Shown: positions 11,760-24,056 of the stretch, in pieces
Position numbering within the stretch: position 1 is the stretch's first letter
Layout of the letters: each line of letters begins with the position of its first letter
Assembly: GCF_000143415.4 (NCBI RefSeq)
Contig: NW_003314306.1
Coordinates: forward strand, 1,058,815-1,122,814
Length of the DNA: 64,000 bases
From: Selaginella moellendorffii
Lineage: Eukaryota > Plantae > Lycopodiophyta
Direction: 5' to 3'
Translations under genes and position numbers: made by a program
Notes under the pieces: model-generated
What the model saw: only the letters and a program-made list of their open reading frames with translations
Database searches by the model: none
Told to the model about the DNA's origin: nothing

Positions 11760-14700
11760 ATATTCCTGGCATCTCTATGGCTTGCTCTTCTGGAAGCTCA
11801 AAACTCGAGGGAAGTATACTGTTGTTTGCCGACGAAGACCCTTGCCATGGCGAGTCAGTCCCGATCATGCTGCTGCTGGCACTGCTGCTGGGGTCTTTGC
11901 TCGATCGGCTCTCTCGGTCCTTGCTTAGCAACTCTCGCATCCGGGGATGACGCCGAAGTATCCCGGGAGCAAGGAGCTCACCCTCACCTCCTCGCTGCCA
12001 GTGAGCATCGCCACAACTTTGGACATTGCTGGACGCTGTGATGCTGTCGCTTGGGTGCTTATAACTTGTTCGTCATCGGCATTGTCGGCTCTTTGTCCAG
12101 GAGTTGAGCCTATGGCCTTGGTACAGCTCCCATACCTGATCATTGACGCGAGTTAAAGAGCAAACATTTCGTAAATTTTTATACGTACGTGATCGAGAAG
12201 ATGGGTCATGTCTTCACTCGTGGTGTCCAGATTGGTTCTTCCGCTCACGATTTCTAGTACCAGAACTCCAAAGCTGTCAGGTATCCCCTGAAAGAAGAAA
12301 GAAAAATCAGAGATGATCAGATCAAGCAATTACAAGAACTTTGAGCTCTCACATTGTTCCTGCCACCCTCGTACTGATGATCTTCGAAGAGCCTTGCCAA
12401 ACCAAAGTCCGCTATCTTTGCCACCAGAGCTTGATCCAAAAGTACATTGGTAGCTTTGATGTCTCGATGTCTGATACGCGGTGATGACTCTTCGTGCAAA
12501 TAAGCGAGCCCTTTTGCGACTCCAATGCATCTATTGAAGCGAATTGGCCAACTGAGGTGTAGCTTTCGCCCCACGGGACCTAAACTATGAGTTCTCAGAG
12601 CAGTATTAGATCAACTTACTCAAGAGCGCATGATGCAGATTGTTGTTTTCCATAAACTCAAAAACAAGAACCCAATTGTTTCCTTCGGTGCAGCATCCAT
12701 AAAGCTTGACTAGATTGCGATTGCACCGTGGAGATAAGTGTGGCCTCGTTCACAACATCTCCAGTGTTGTCGTTCACCCTATTAAGCTGCTTGATCGCTA
12801 CCACCGTAACATCAGATAATACTCCCTGAAAGTCCAAACGCTTTATACCAGAAAGAAAACTTTACCTTGTAGACCTTGCCAAATGCTCCTTTCCCAAACA
12901 ATCTCGCGGGGTCAAATCCTCCCGTAGCGTTTTTTATTTCATTGTAAGAAAACATATGCAGCTTTCCGTCTAGAAGTTTGAGCCTGCATGGCACAGAACA
13001 TTAGTAAAAGTAATTCGCAAAAGAATTAAGTGACCTTCATCGTCCTTCTCTGTGTCGTTTCCTCCACAACAGATAACCGGAAACCACAAAGAGCACCACG
13101 AGTGGCACCGAGACTCCAACACCTATTTTTACACCTTTGGAACTGTTTTCACTCTGACTTGTGCCACCAGTTTCAAATTCTGAAACGCAATGTTAGAACG
13201 AAGACAAACTTTCGTAGTGGCAGCAGTATCTAACACTTACCAGGTAGAACTTGGATTGCGGATATCAGAGGACGGTTATCTTGAAAGGATTCCGCAAAAC
13301 CAGAGCTGCTAGATACCCATCCTCCTGTGGAATAGTAGTCCCCATCCAAAGAACTTGGCATGTCTATGTTAAAATCTGTCCCATCCAAAGTGATCTGAGG
13401 TCCACCACAGTTGATAACACCTGAGTAGGAAATATGTCGATATCAAGTGAAGACTTTATGCAGCAAATATCACTCAACTATTTCCTTGGTTCACACTGCC
13501 GCAGTTTGATATATCATGTAAACACGTAGCAGTATTCGCATTTTGTCTGCAATGAAAACATGGTGTTGAACACGAAGAGAACCATACCCTTGAGTTCTAT
13601 TAACTGAGAACGGATTGCCAATAATGGTAGCATTCCTATGCAAGTTCAGAGAAATTAGCATGTCACATAGAGAAAAAATGCATATTCGCTCAGGTCCAGT
13701 CAGCCTTTTGAACGATACATCTCTGTATATATGCAAAGATGTACTTGGTTAGAAGAGGAAAACGATTTTGAAGTCTACGTACAAGTCGACGATTCTCGAG
13801 AGCTGGTTTGGGAGGCCTCCAGTAAGATTAGGAAACTGAAAATGCTCGGACTTCCTTTAGACGCAAATTAAGAGATGAAGAACTTACAGTCTGCTAAGAC
13901 GATCAAAAGATGATATGTACGCTGGAATTGTCCCAGTCAGATTGTTGAAACTCAAATGCCTGCAATAACAACGTTAAATACATCTTCTAAATTGTAGACC
14001 TTCCTGCAAGCTTACAAGTGTGTGAGCTGGGTAAGATTGCCCAGGTCAGGTATAAAACCAGATAGCTGACAGTTCCTTAAGGTCCTGGTAAAACAGCCAA
14101 AGTAAATGCTAACTGCTAAAAGAAACGGCTGGCGACTCGCAGCTTTGTTAGAGATTGTAGCTAGGCGGTATTGAGCCTCCGGCTGATACTTCTCCCGTTC
14201 TCTATGTAACAAGTAGTTATTTAGAAAATCAGGAAGTTTTTCGCAGACTTACAATTCTCTCAGGTTTGTAAGATTGGCAAGAGATGCAGCAAGCAGACCA
14301 GAAAGTTTATTCCCATACATGGCTCTGTCAAAGGAGGCCGCATTCACATAAATTTATAGAATGAATTTATTGCACTTACAAAATTTCAAAACTAGACATA
14401 TTGGCAAGGAAGTCTAGTATCGAGCCATTGAAGTTGCTGTCAAACATATTTCTGGTGCCAAGCAAATGAGTATAAATCACACCGACTTAAGAAGCTTACA
14501 GTGTCTGGAGCCCTCGCAAACTGCTTAAGGCTGGTGGGAGCTCCCCGCCTAGACCAGTAGAGTCCAAACACCTTCAGTTCTAATCAACTTGGTGGCCAAC
14601 ATGAAAATGAATGCTTACTTCTCCACGAATGACTTGACTAGTGCCACACGCTCGTCTCGCGAGAGCCTCTTCTTCGTCAGCTCGGGCGGCTCCGCCACTG

Positions 14701-15689
14701 CTGCGGTTCTTGCAAATGATTTCTCAGTGCGCTTTCTCCATGTTACCTGCATAACTGCAAGTTTCACCATAGCTCAAAACCAAAAAAGAAGAAGAAAGTT
14801 TCTAAGACAAATGTAAAAGACATATCTAAATCGTCACCGGAAGGCATAAGAACCACATTCTGGTCTCGCCCAACATCAAGAACTAACAGCTCGGTCAGTG
14901 AAGACAGGTTACCAATTTCCTGCGGAAGAGATCCTGAAAAATTGTTGACAGCAAGACTCCTGAAAAAGAAGCAAAGCTTTTTATTGGAATCCAACATGCT
15001 ATATCTTATATTTGACTTACAGTGTCAACAGTCGAGTAAGATTTCCCATGGTTCCTGGAATAGGCCCAGAAAATCTATTCGATGCGACAGTTCTACATAG
15101 CAAAGGTCAAAAACAGAATAAGGAAACATAGAAACTGCTGCAAAAACTTACAAATGTTCCATGTTGGCAGAGTAGACCAATCTCATCTGGGATTGCACCA
15201 GTTATCAAGTTGGTTTGGAAATTCCTGTTACAAAGAAGCGTTAGCAAAGCCCGAATCAGAAAAACTGCTTACTTGAACTTTTTCTTGAGCTTGGGAACTC
15301 ATCCTGATCGACGAGAGACATCCCTGTTCTTCGCTAGGGCCACTTACCCATTGGATAAATCATATAAATTAGCGATAATACATATATTTTTTCTTTCCAC
15401 TCCCGTCTGCATCTATCCGCCCGACGACTGTGGTCTTTCTCCGCTTTTGACCGGCACTGATGATAAAGCTGACCAAGGATCATCGCCCATCCACCTGCGA
15501 CGTTCCAATGGATCCCCAAGAGCGTGCTTGAAAGCTTGCAAGGCATCCGTTGGAAAAATAAGACTAAGGATGATCCAAGAGGAGAAGACACTATAGCAAT
15601 ACTTACAATCTCCACTGTGCAAAGATGAAGAGCATGCCCATATTCCATAAAGCCAGAGCTAATAGTACCACTAAGCTCCACAAATTCAT
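11760..15689 (-). pseudogene. LRR-malectin receptor-like kinase (LRR-VIII-like) pseudogene with deletions and foreign exon insertions
   Basis: Signal peptide MNLWSLVVLLALALW; ~72-nt LRR exons (LAVNNFSGSLPQEIGNLSSLTEL); INCGG malectin start; kinase motifs [32 protein letters not shown] and RPAMSKVVAML; many frameshifts and missing segments. Confidence 0.85.
14619..14747 (-). pseudogene. Foreign exon resembling AT3G52170-like HTH DNA-binding proteins, inserted in the RLK relic
   Basis: cag|VTWRKRTEKSFARTAAVAEPPELTKKRLSRDERVALVKSFVE|gtaag with both splice sites; no LRR character. Family assignment from memory. Confidence 0.5.
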
Positions 15690-16799
15690 AGAAACCTCCA
15701 TATGATCATTGTTGCTGCCCCTTGAGAGCAAAAAAAAGGAGCGCTTTCAATCTAGCTGCTGCTGCTGCTTGGGTCGACCAGCATTTCCATTCCAGAGAAG
15801 AACCTAAAACCCCCTCCCAAAGTCTGGCAATCTAGAGGAGCAAAGCAAAAGGAGAGATACTTTCTGTTCTGTGAAAGAGCCTTTGGTCCAAGTTAAAGTG
15901 ACTGGAAGTAATGTTGTGTGGCAGCACCAGAGAGAGAGAGTGGGACGGGAGTGGAAAGAGAGAAATGCCATGTAATCGTGCCACATCATTGCCAGTTAGG
16001 TGGAGAGAGACTGAAACGGGATGGTGTTTAACGGGAGGCCGCTTCAAACCCTTGGGCTAGGGGGACTCCCCCATTGTTGCGCGAATAGCTCGCGAATAAA
16101 TATATGGCCTCTTGTTTTAGTTTATATGCATTTTATTCATGAAAACACAAGGATAATGACCCTTGATTTATTTCCTGTCAAAAGGAAAATCAAAAGACAC
16201 ATACCAGGCCTTTAACTCAATAAGCACTTTCTCCATTCATGTGTATTTTTTATGCCGTCGTACTGCAGCAACGAAATAAAAAACTGATAAAGAAACAAAC
16301 AAATGAAACAGACAAACTTGCACAATCTGACATGCGTATGCTTGCCTTCCTTTGAGAACGGCATATTCATCTCAAACACCACTCCCCATTCTCCTGAGTC
16401 ATCTCTTTTGCTTTGTTTTTGTGAAGATATTCATCACCGAGCCAAGGTATTGGGCCTGAAATGAGTAACTTTGTCTTTGCTTGAAATTGATTTTTCACCC
16501 GAATAGTAACATTGGTAAAGAAGGAAAAATCTTAGGTGACCTGAAGAAAATAAAAAATAAAAATAAAAATGCCACAACTTACAAAATCAAGTTTTCCAAC
16601 ATGATATGCATGTCAAAATTGATCAGACTAAAAAATGCCTTCAGAAAAGCATTATTGTTTACTCCACCTCTTTCAATGAAGCTCTTTATGATGTTTGCTC
16701 TCGTTTGCTTATCAATTGCAGAAATAATCAATTTAAAACTTTGAAACACAAAAAAAATAAAAAATATACTCAAATCAAGCTCACTTAAGATGTGATGCA

Positions 16800-17690
16800 A
16801 TTTAGTATATCTTTTTGACTTTAGATGAGGTAATGCAAATGGTTCAACTCTAAGTTGATCAATGCTTATTTGAAAATAAAAAAAAAAAAAAAAGAAAAAG
16901 AATCAAAATGAGAACATTGGCTTACTTAACTTTTAAATAAACCTGTCTCAACCAACTTGAGAAAGGGTTCGAACTTGCGCTTCCTCTCAGCATTCTATTA
17001 GGCAATATTAAATTTGAGCAAATTGAGATATATATTGTATAATTATATAGTCTTTGAGAGAGATTATTTTTGTTACTCTTCAGGTTTTTATATAGGCTTA
17101 AAAGTAATACAGTATTTTTTTCCTCAGTGGTATTTTTTAATATAAAAACATGTGAGTACTAACAAAATGTAGATTTTTATATAAAAATTAACCAATTGCT
17201 ATAGGAGATTTTAAGCTTTTTGTCCATGCAATTGATCATAGTCTCAATACAATAGATTAAATATTGAGAATCAGTAAAAGGTTTTAAGCTAAAAAAAAAA
17301 TATAAAAAACAAAAGAAAAAACAACAAAAAAACATATACCTTTCTAGCCTATCCAACTTTTTTTATCATCTTGTCCTATTAAGATGAAAAATTTTCAATT
17401 CCCAACAACACTAACTTATATACTAGGTTAATCAAAAATTACATTTTATCCACAATTATTTTATTTGAGGAGATAAAATATATTTTTTCATCCTCCTTGG
17501 CTTGAATGTAATACATCAAGCCCTAAACCCATTACTCACCTCCTGATTAACTGATTAAGAAAGCCAAAAACAAGCCAGTAGCCGAAAGGAAATATATTTT
17601 AAAAAATATATTAAATATATTAAAATATAAATATAAAATAAATATATATTAAATAAATATATTTATTTATATTATAAATATATATCAGAA
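16800..17690. other. AT-rich block ending in a near-pure A/T quasi-palindromic tract
   Basis: Poly-A runs; 17590-17685 is essentially only A/T (e.g. TAAATAAATATATTTATTTA). Confidence 0.5.
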
Positions 17691-17749
17691 GCACATCACC
17701 TCTGGTCGTGTGGATCTTGGTAGACACTTCGCCAAACCCTCTTTACACC

Positions 17750-18860
17750 AAAGCCCGTGAAATGGAGCTTCATGTGACCCCACTTATTCAGCTGAGATAG
17801 CCAGGTAAGATGCTACCAGCCGTACCTGGTAGAGCTCGGCACATCAGTTTCATTCATTTGAAAGTGCAAAATCAATACATACCGCAGCATTGCTGAAATC
17901 AAAGTTTTGGAAGTGGCCTACGTTGATCTTCATCTTTCCATGGTGTTGGACATCTACAGTACATCCCAACCACTGTAAAAAACTGATCTTGCTCGCAAAC
18001 AGACTTGGTGTACCTCAAGAGCCGTCAAATAGTCCACCAGATCGTTTTCAAAGTCTGATGCACCAGTCATACTTTTGAAAGGAAAATCTTGCATCCACAG
18101 GCCTTGATTCTTGTTATTCCAATCGATATTGATGAGATTTGCAGTGTGCACAACAACCCGGACACCAGTTGGATAGACAAGTAGCATCACAGACTACAAG
18201 AAAAAAAGGCATTAGACTAAAGACAATAGATAGAACAGCGTGAACCTGCAATTGTGAAACGTTGCTCTCTCCGTGAATCATCACCACTTGCGGGATCGTC
18301 CTCAAAGGCGGGCAAGCTGCGAATAAAAATTATTTGGAAGAAAAAAAACACTCAGTAGCTTTACCGAAAAACATCAGAAATTCGCACGCACCCAGCGTTT
18401 GCCCAGTCGGGCAAGCCTTGAACACGCAGTAGCTGGAAACCACAAGGCGTCGTCGCGCTGTGAAGCATTCTCGATCTCTCGGGCTCGCCAGCTCGTGTGT
18501 TCTTAGAGCGTACAGTCGCCGCCATCTCCTGAGCTCACAAGTTGCTTGCTTCATGAACGAAGGTAGAAAAAAAGAGATAGATACCTGCTGCTGCAAAGCT
18601 CGGGCAAATGCTTCATCGTCCTCGATTTGCCTCTTTCACTTGTTGGAAGCAAGCACATTGTCACTTTGGGATGCTACTGCCTTCCCTTTAAGAGAAGAAC
18701 ACAGCATAAACTTGAAGAAACGATCTCCCGGGAGCATTTCGACAATGTCGCCAGCACGTAGTGGAGATTTGGACTGCGAGCTCAGGATAATCTTCGCACT
18801 GGAGCCAGATTTGATTCAGATTGAGCTCGACCCTGTCTGGCATGCCATTGATCGATCGGG
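17750..18860 (-). pseudogene. TDP1: Tyrosyl-DNA phosphodiesterase 1 pseudogene
   Basis: MLLVYPTGVRVVVHTANLINIDWNNKNQGLWMQDFP, SDFENDLVDYL, NFDFSNAAV and NKWGHMKL. The catalytic HHSK exon is missing, stops are present and the 3' half is absent. Confidence 0.85.
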
Positions 18861-19209
18861 AAAAGAACGAGACAAACAAAATGCCACTGAAATCTCCAAT
18901 GCCGACGAAGAAACCTCAACAACAAAACAAAATCGGCGCTCCTTCCGACCCTCGCTGCAACCGACGGATCCTCCTCTCCATTTGCACGCAGCGGAAGCAG
19001 CAATCCGATTTGAGCCTGGCAGGCAGAGTGTAAAAAATCAAAACCGCCAGGAAGAACCAAGAACCCGAGCATTTTCAATGTAGCATCCTGGCCGTCCATT
19101 GAGCCACTTAAAAAGATCCCTGGGCACTTGAGATTAGGGTTCTTCCGGCAGCTAAACCCGGGCATTTTCAATGTAGCACTCTCAGCATTGTTTTAAGCCT
19201 GTGTAGCCA

Positions 19210-20031
19210 AAGTATGCCAGGGAGAACTTCATACTTGTGACTGGAAATTTTGGAGGAGGCCCGAATGGATCACTTCATGTGGCGTGCACAATTTGACAGC
19301 CTCTTTCCTCGCCTCACAGACAGCCATCCGGACGTTTATCCAGAGAGCCTGTAAAAGTTTATTCACTCCGCTCCTGCAAGGCCGGGATGCAGTGCTTCAG
19401 CAGCTATGGAGCCCTTCCGAACATCGACTTGCTGTGTTTCTACGGTTTCGTTCTCGAGAACAATCCATACGACACAATTCCTGTCGGTAAGACGACTCTT
19501 GTTCCTTTTCTTTCACGCTGTTGTTATCAAACTCTGGTACAGAGCTGGAGATACCCGAGTCTCCCGCGAAAGTAGCACTCATGGAACGCTACAACATTGG
19601 TGTCTCGCATCTCGTTCGAGCTCCGTGGCTTTCGAAGAGCGCATTTGCGAAGGCCGGGCTCCCAACGAAACTACTGGCAGCACTTCGCATTGCACTTATG
19701 GACGAGAGCGAGGCCCAAGAGTTTACTGGAAATCCCAGGCATGAAGAGTTACTGCTCTCCCAAAAGCTGCGCTCACTTTGTTATTTCACACGTTAGTCTA
19801 GAGAACGAAAGCATGGTCGTAGAAACAATGATCTCAACGCTCGAATCCTTGTCCGGCACAGAAGAAGACGAGCAAGAACGTCCCAGGTACGTTTTTTTTT
19901 GTTGTTTTTGACTTGTTTCATTCCAAATCTTTCAGCTCGTCTTGGGACGTTTTACTGGCAACTAAGTTCAAACTCTCCCAGGCAAAAATTTTCAAGAAGC
20001 TAAATTCACAACTTCAAGAGCATAATCGTTA
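19210..20031 (+). pseudogene. SET-domain methyltransferase gene, 3' part
   Basis: RSCKAGMQCFSSYGALPNIDLLCFYGFVLENNPYDTIPV (SET C-terminal YG..N..LL..YGF...NPYD motif) followed by an LSMT substrate-binding-like region, LPTKLLAALRI. Confidence 0.75.
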
Positions 20032-20331
20032 AAAAGTTTCTTAAGCCAACTAAGATCTTACCAGCACTCGAAGTTCCTCAAGGTAACTCAAGGTAGAAGC
20101 TGAACTTCTGACAACAAAGATAAAAGCTTTATATTTACAAAACCTCTTTCTTTGCCAGGAAGGCCTTCACTCCCTTCTTGAGATTGAAAGCTCTTTCTCT
20201 ACGGCTCTCTCTCCCCGTTTTTCTCTACGATGGCTGATAGTAGTGTGTGCGTCTAGTGTACAGATCCTCGAGGCTTCATTCCTAGCGGACAGTGTTCTTT
20301 ATGTACACTTGCTGGAGTTTCTGGCGATGGG

Positions 20332-22402
20332 CTAGAGTGGATCCTTGGCGTCAAAAATACTAAGTATGAATGGGAGCATGGCTGCGAGCAATGCCCCGGG
20401 GCACTCCTCGGGTGGAAGATGGCCGCAGCCTGGTATAGTAATGAATTTCTGCAATGAAAACCACCACGTAAGAACTTGGAAGGAAAAGGATGCAAAGAAC
20501 TCACGGATTGAGGGAGCTTTGTAGCAAGCGACTGCGCAGCCTTTAACGGAACCAGCATGTCGTGCAATCCTGCCACCAAAAGCGCTGGCAAATCTTCGAC
20601 TGTTTGAAGCAACTCGGCGGCAGCTCTCGCGGTGCAGGCAACGGACGATCGTGTTACTTCTGCGAGTGCTTGATCCCAGCCTTCGACACGTAAAGGTGCC
20701 TGTTCAGCAAGAGAGAGAGAGAGTTAGAGACTGTTTCAAGAGTGGTGGGCTTTGCTTTGCACGGACCTTGTAAAGCTCGAGAACGTCCGCGGTAAGCTTA
20801 GACGCGTCATGCCACGCACGTCGATTGGTGACATGTCCGATCTCCGAGCGCAGCAGTGGTCTCAGCATTTGCCGTCCAAGAGACGTGTGAAGAAGGATTC
20901 GTGTAAACGACGGTACGACCTCTCTGGAAAGGCTCACACCAACGAGCACAACTCCTTTAACGGCAACCTGGACAGCTCAAGCTCAGTGCCATCGTCTTAA
21001 ATCGGGAAAAGAGAAAAAAACCAACCTTGTTCGTCTTGGACGCCTTGGCAGCTGCCATGAGAGCGAGAAGGCCTCCATCGTCGTGGCCAACAAGCACAAC
21101 GGAACGGAGGAGGAGTCTGTCACAAAACGAGAACAGCAAGTCCACCTGTTTGGGAGAGAGTCAACACATAACACAGAATAGAAGAGAGCAAAGCGAAGTT
21201 ACCTGGGACTTGAGTTCGTAAGGATTTGGGATACGTTTCTGCTGCCATTCACTCCTGCTCGGCCGCGAAGTCAACCCCCATCCTGGTCTATCAAATGCAA
21301 CGACAGTGGAACGCGTTTGTCTGGCGAGCGGGTTCATCACATGTCTCCACGAGAAAACACCTCCGCCGAAACCGTGGATCAAGATCACTCCATTCTTTCC
21401 ATTGCCACTTTCGGCAGAGCCGCCACCAAGTATGTTGTCGCAGCCGCTTAAAACTTGCTCAACCGGATACCTTCCGGTTGAGCCGACGTCCTTCGGTGAA
21501 GCGTCATGCTCTCGGGGTCCCCTGCGTTGATAGTTGCCATGTCCTTCGACCAGCTTGTAATGAACAAGGACGTTGTTGCAATCCATAAAGAGGCTGTCCG
21601 CATCGGCTAATGAGCTTGCTGGTAAATCACTTCCGCGTCTTTTGTGATACTTCCCGTCCAGTAGCTGAGACATCTTTGAAAGCTTCTTCAGGGACTTGAG
21701 ATGCTTCTTGTCTACAGTAGCCTGTAGCAAATAACGAAGTTCCGAGGTCAAAGACTATGCTTTACGACCGTGCAAACTTACAGCTTCCTCGTCTTCCCAT
21801 CGAAACAGCAACTTGCGACTTGCTTGATACCGCGCTCGGTGTGCCATAATAATATGAGCAAGACCAAATGCCATCGAGGACAAGAATAAAAAAGGCAAGG
21901 CCCATGAATTCCGCATGTGCTGCACTTCCTCGAGCACGGTTGGAGGCACCCCAAAACTAAACAAAGCAGCTTTTGCTGTTAAGAAGATGGCCGTAGATAC
22001 ACCGCAAATAACCGTGATTCCAAAATACGGCCTGTAGGAGCTCGGGCTGCTGCACAGGCTGTACGCACCTGAAGAGCAACATATCTTCAGATTGTATCCA
22101 AAAAGATAGAATAAAAAACAGAAGGAAGAACACTTACAAATTATGATGACCGATCGGATGAGCGACAAGAGAGGGATATCAATCACCGAAGATCGAAAGC
22201 TGTAAGCCCTCCACTCCGACAGGGAGAATAAGCACGATGAGCAGCCGAGCATGGCGGAGAGCAGGAGCACAGTGATATCCGTGACTGAAACGAAAAGCGG
22301 CCCGGAAGAAACCATCAACGATCCCAGCATCGCCAGCATAAAAAACAGTGTCACGACTACTCTCCTGCCGCTTTCCATCATACTACCCCGTCCTGATCCC
22401 AT
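20332..22402 (-). CDS. Membrane-anchored alpha/beta-hydrolase (Asp-nucleophile GHDDGG type)
   Basis: N-terminal TM helices; LIHGFGGGVFSWRHVM, AFDRPGWGLTSRP, VLVGHDDGGL and GCGHLPPEECP; ~7 exons; stop TAG at 20332-20334. Confidence 0.9.
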
Positions 22403-24056
22403 CCTGTTCTATACTTTTCCTCCTGCCTGGGTTCTCCGCCGTCTACACTACAGACCCTCTTGTAGTCTCTGAAGAACCAGAGCCGAATTTATCGTCCACT
22501 GCTTCCAGTGCATCATTGCGGGCACTTGAGATCCATGATACTGAGTACTACCACTCATAACGTTGCAGCGCCAGATATCATTCCTACCCAAAGTCAATCA
22601 CCTTATCGCGATGATCAACAGAAAAGCCGCCTCTACAAGTCCCTGTCTTCCATAAAATTCTCGCTTCAGACCTGTCCGGAGCTCTCACTGCCCAGGGAAT
22701 TGTGTGAAAGCTCCCCCCTTTCCAGTCAGTGAATCAATTGTCAATCATAAATTCGGCTCCCTGTACAACACCACACTCCAGTATGTGAGTGAGAGAGATA
22801 GCATAGAAGAGAGGAAAAGGGGGGAGCTCCCTCCCCAGCTCAGGCTCAAGCACACGAAATAAATTCGCTTCACATCAAACCATTCTCCCAAGAAACACAC
22901 CGCAAGACCAATCAATCAGTCGATTCCTTCCTCACGCAGGCAGGGATTCGATTTGAGAGGAGAAAGGAAAGGATATTTCGGGCCAAGAACGAGCGAACAA
23001 GGGATTCATCCTAGCTCAGCTACAACACCACGGCGATCCAGGCAGTCAATCACGCCAGGGAAGAAAGATCTACCTTGCAAGAATCGCAGCGCTCGAAAAT
23101 TCTCCGCGGATCGCTAGCGCCTCTATCGCCGCGGGGCTGCTGTGAGAGCGCACGAAGCTCCGATTCTCCCTCTCACCTAGGGCTTAGCTAGGAAGACACA
23201 TGGCCATGCACATGCCCATGGGGCGTTACGTGGCAGCACCTTGGCCGTCGGTTCGAGGGTCTGCGTGTGGAATCTGGACCATTCCAACGACCACGTCGGC
23301 GTGGACTAGCCGTTGCGCCGGCGCCGGTCTAGTATGAACACACAGACAAAGAATCTTCAAATAAATTCAACGTTTTGATGCGCGACGTAAAAACCTTCTT
23401 TTTACTCCCGCGCGAGAAGCTTTGAACAGCGCCGGGAGTTTCCTCTTAAGTTTTAAGTTCCTCTTAGAAACTTCTTCTAGATTTCCTGATCAATCCAAAA
23501 ACGCTAAGATCATCTTACGCGCATTGAAAGCGTGGAGAGATTTCCTGTGACCCCACGAGACTTACCTCACGATTCTTCTTTCGAAAGGGAGAGCTCGATC
23601 ACACTATTGATCACATCTTCTTACGCGCTCTCTCCTCAAGCTCTTTGCTACTTCGTTTTCGGTCGTATAGTGCTCGCGTCCCACCTGCGAGAAAAAGAAA
23701 GCGAAGAAAAGCTGAGACAAAGTCAAACTGTTTGGTGAAAGTTCGAGACAAGCTCTAGCTTTGCGAAAGCGAGAAACAAAAAAAACGAGTAAAAATTACT
23801 CACCTTCTGTTTGGATAAGCCAGGAAAATCTCGTCCTGTGCTGGCCAGTGTGTTTGGCTTTCATGCGCATCTTTGCGGCAAGTGGCACCAAGCGTACCGC
23901 AGAGCTTGTCATCGTCGTCATGGATCTCAATCCTTCTCCTCCACCTCAAAAAGCGCCATTTTTCCTGTTTCCTTCCTTTCTTTTTTTCCCTGCTTTGAGA
24001 TGATAAAACGCGTGGGCCTTGGCGTGGCACAGCCGCGAAGCTCCAAAACCCCGGCT

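Noticed and set aside
18460-19083. 207-aa plus-strand ORF
   Set aside because: Antisense to TDP1 relic exons and introns; no recognisable protein features.
23300-23335. GC palindrome CCGGCGCCGG followed by CTAG|T, like a Helitron 3' end
   Set aside because: No matching 5' end, family member or empty site in the window; it lies in ordinary promoter DNA.
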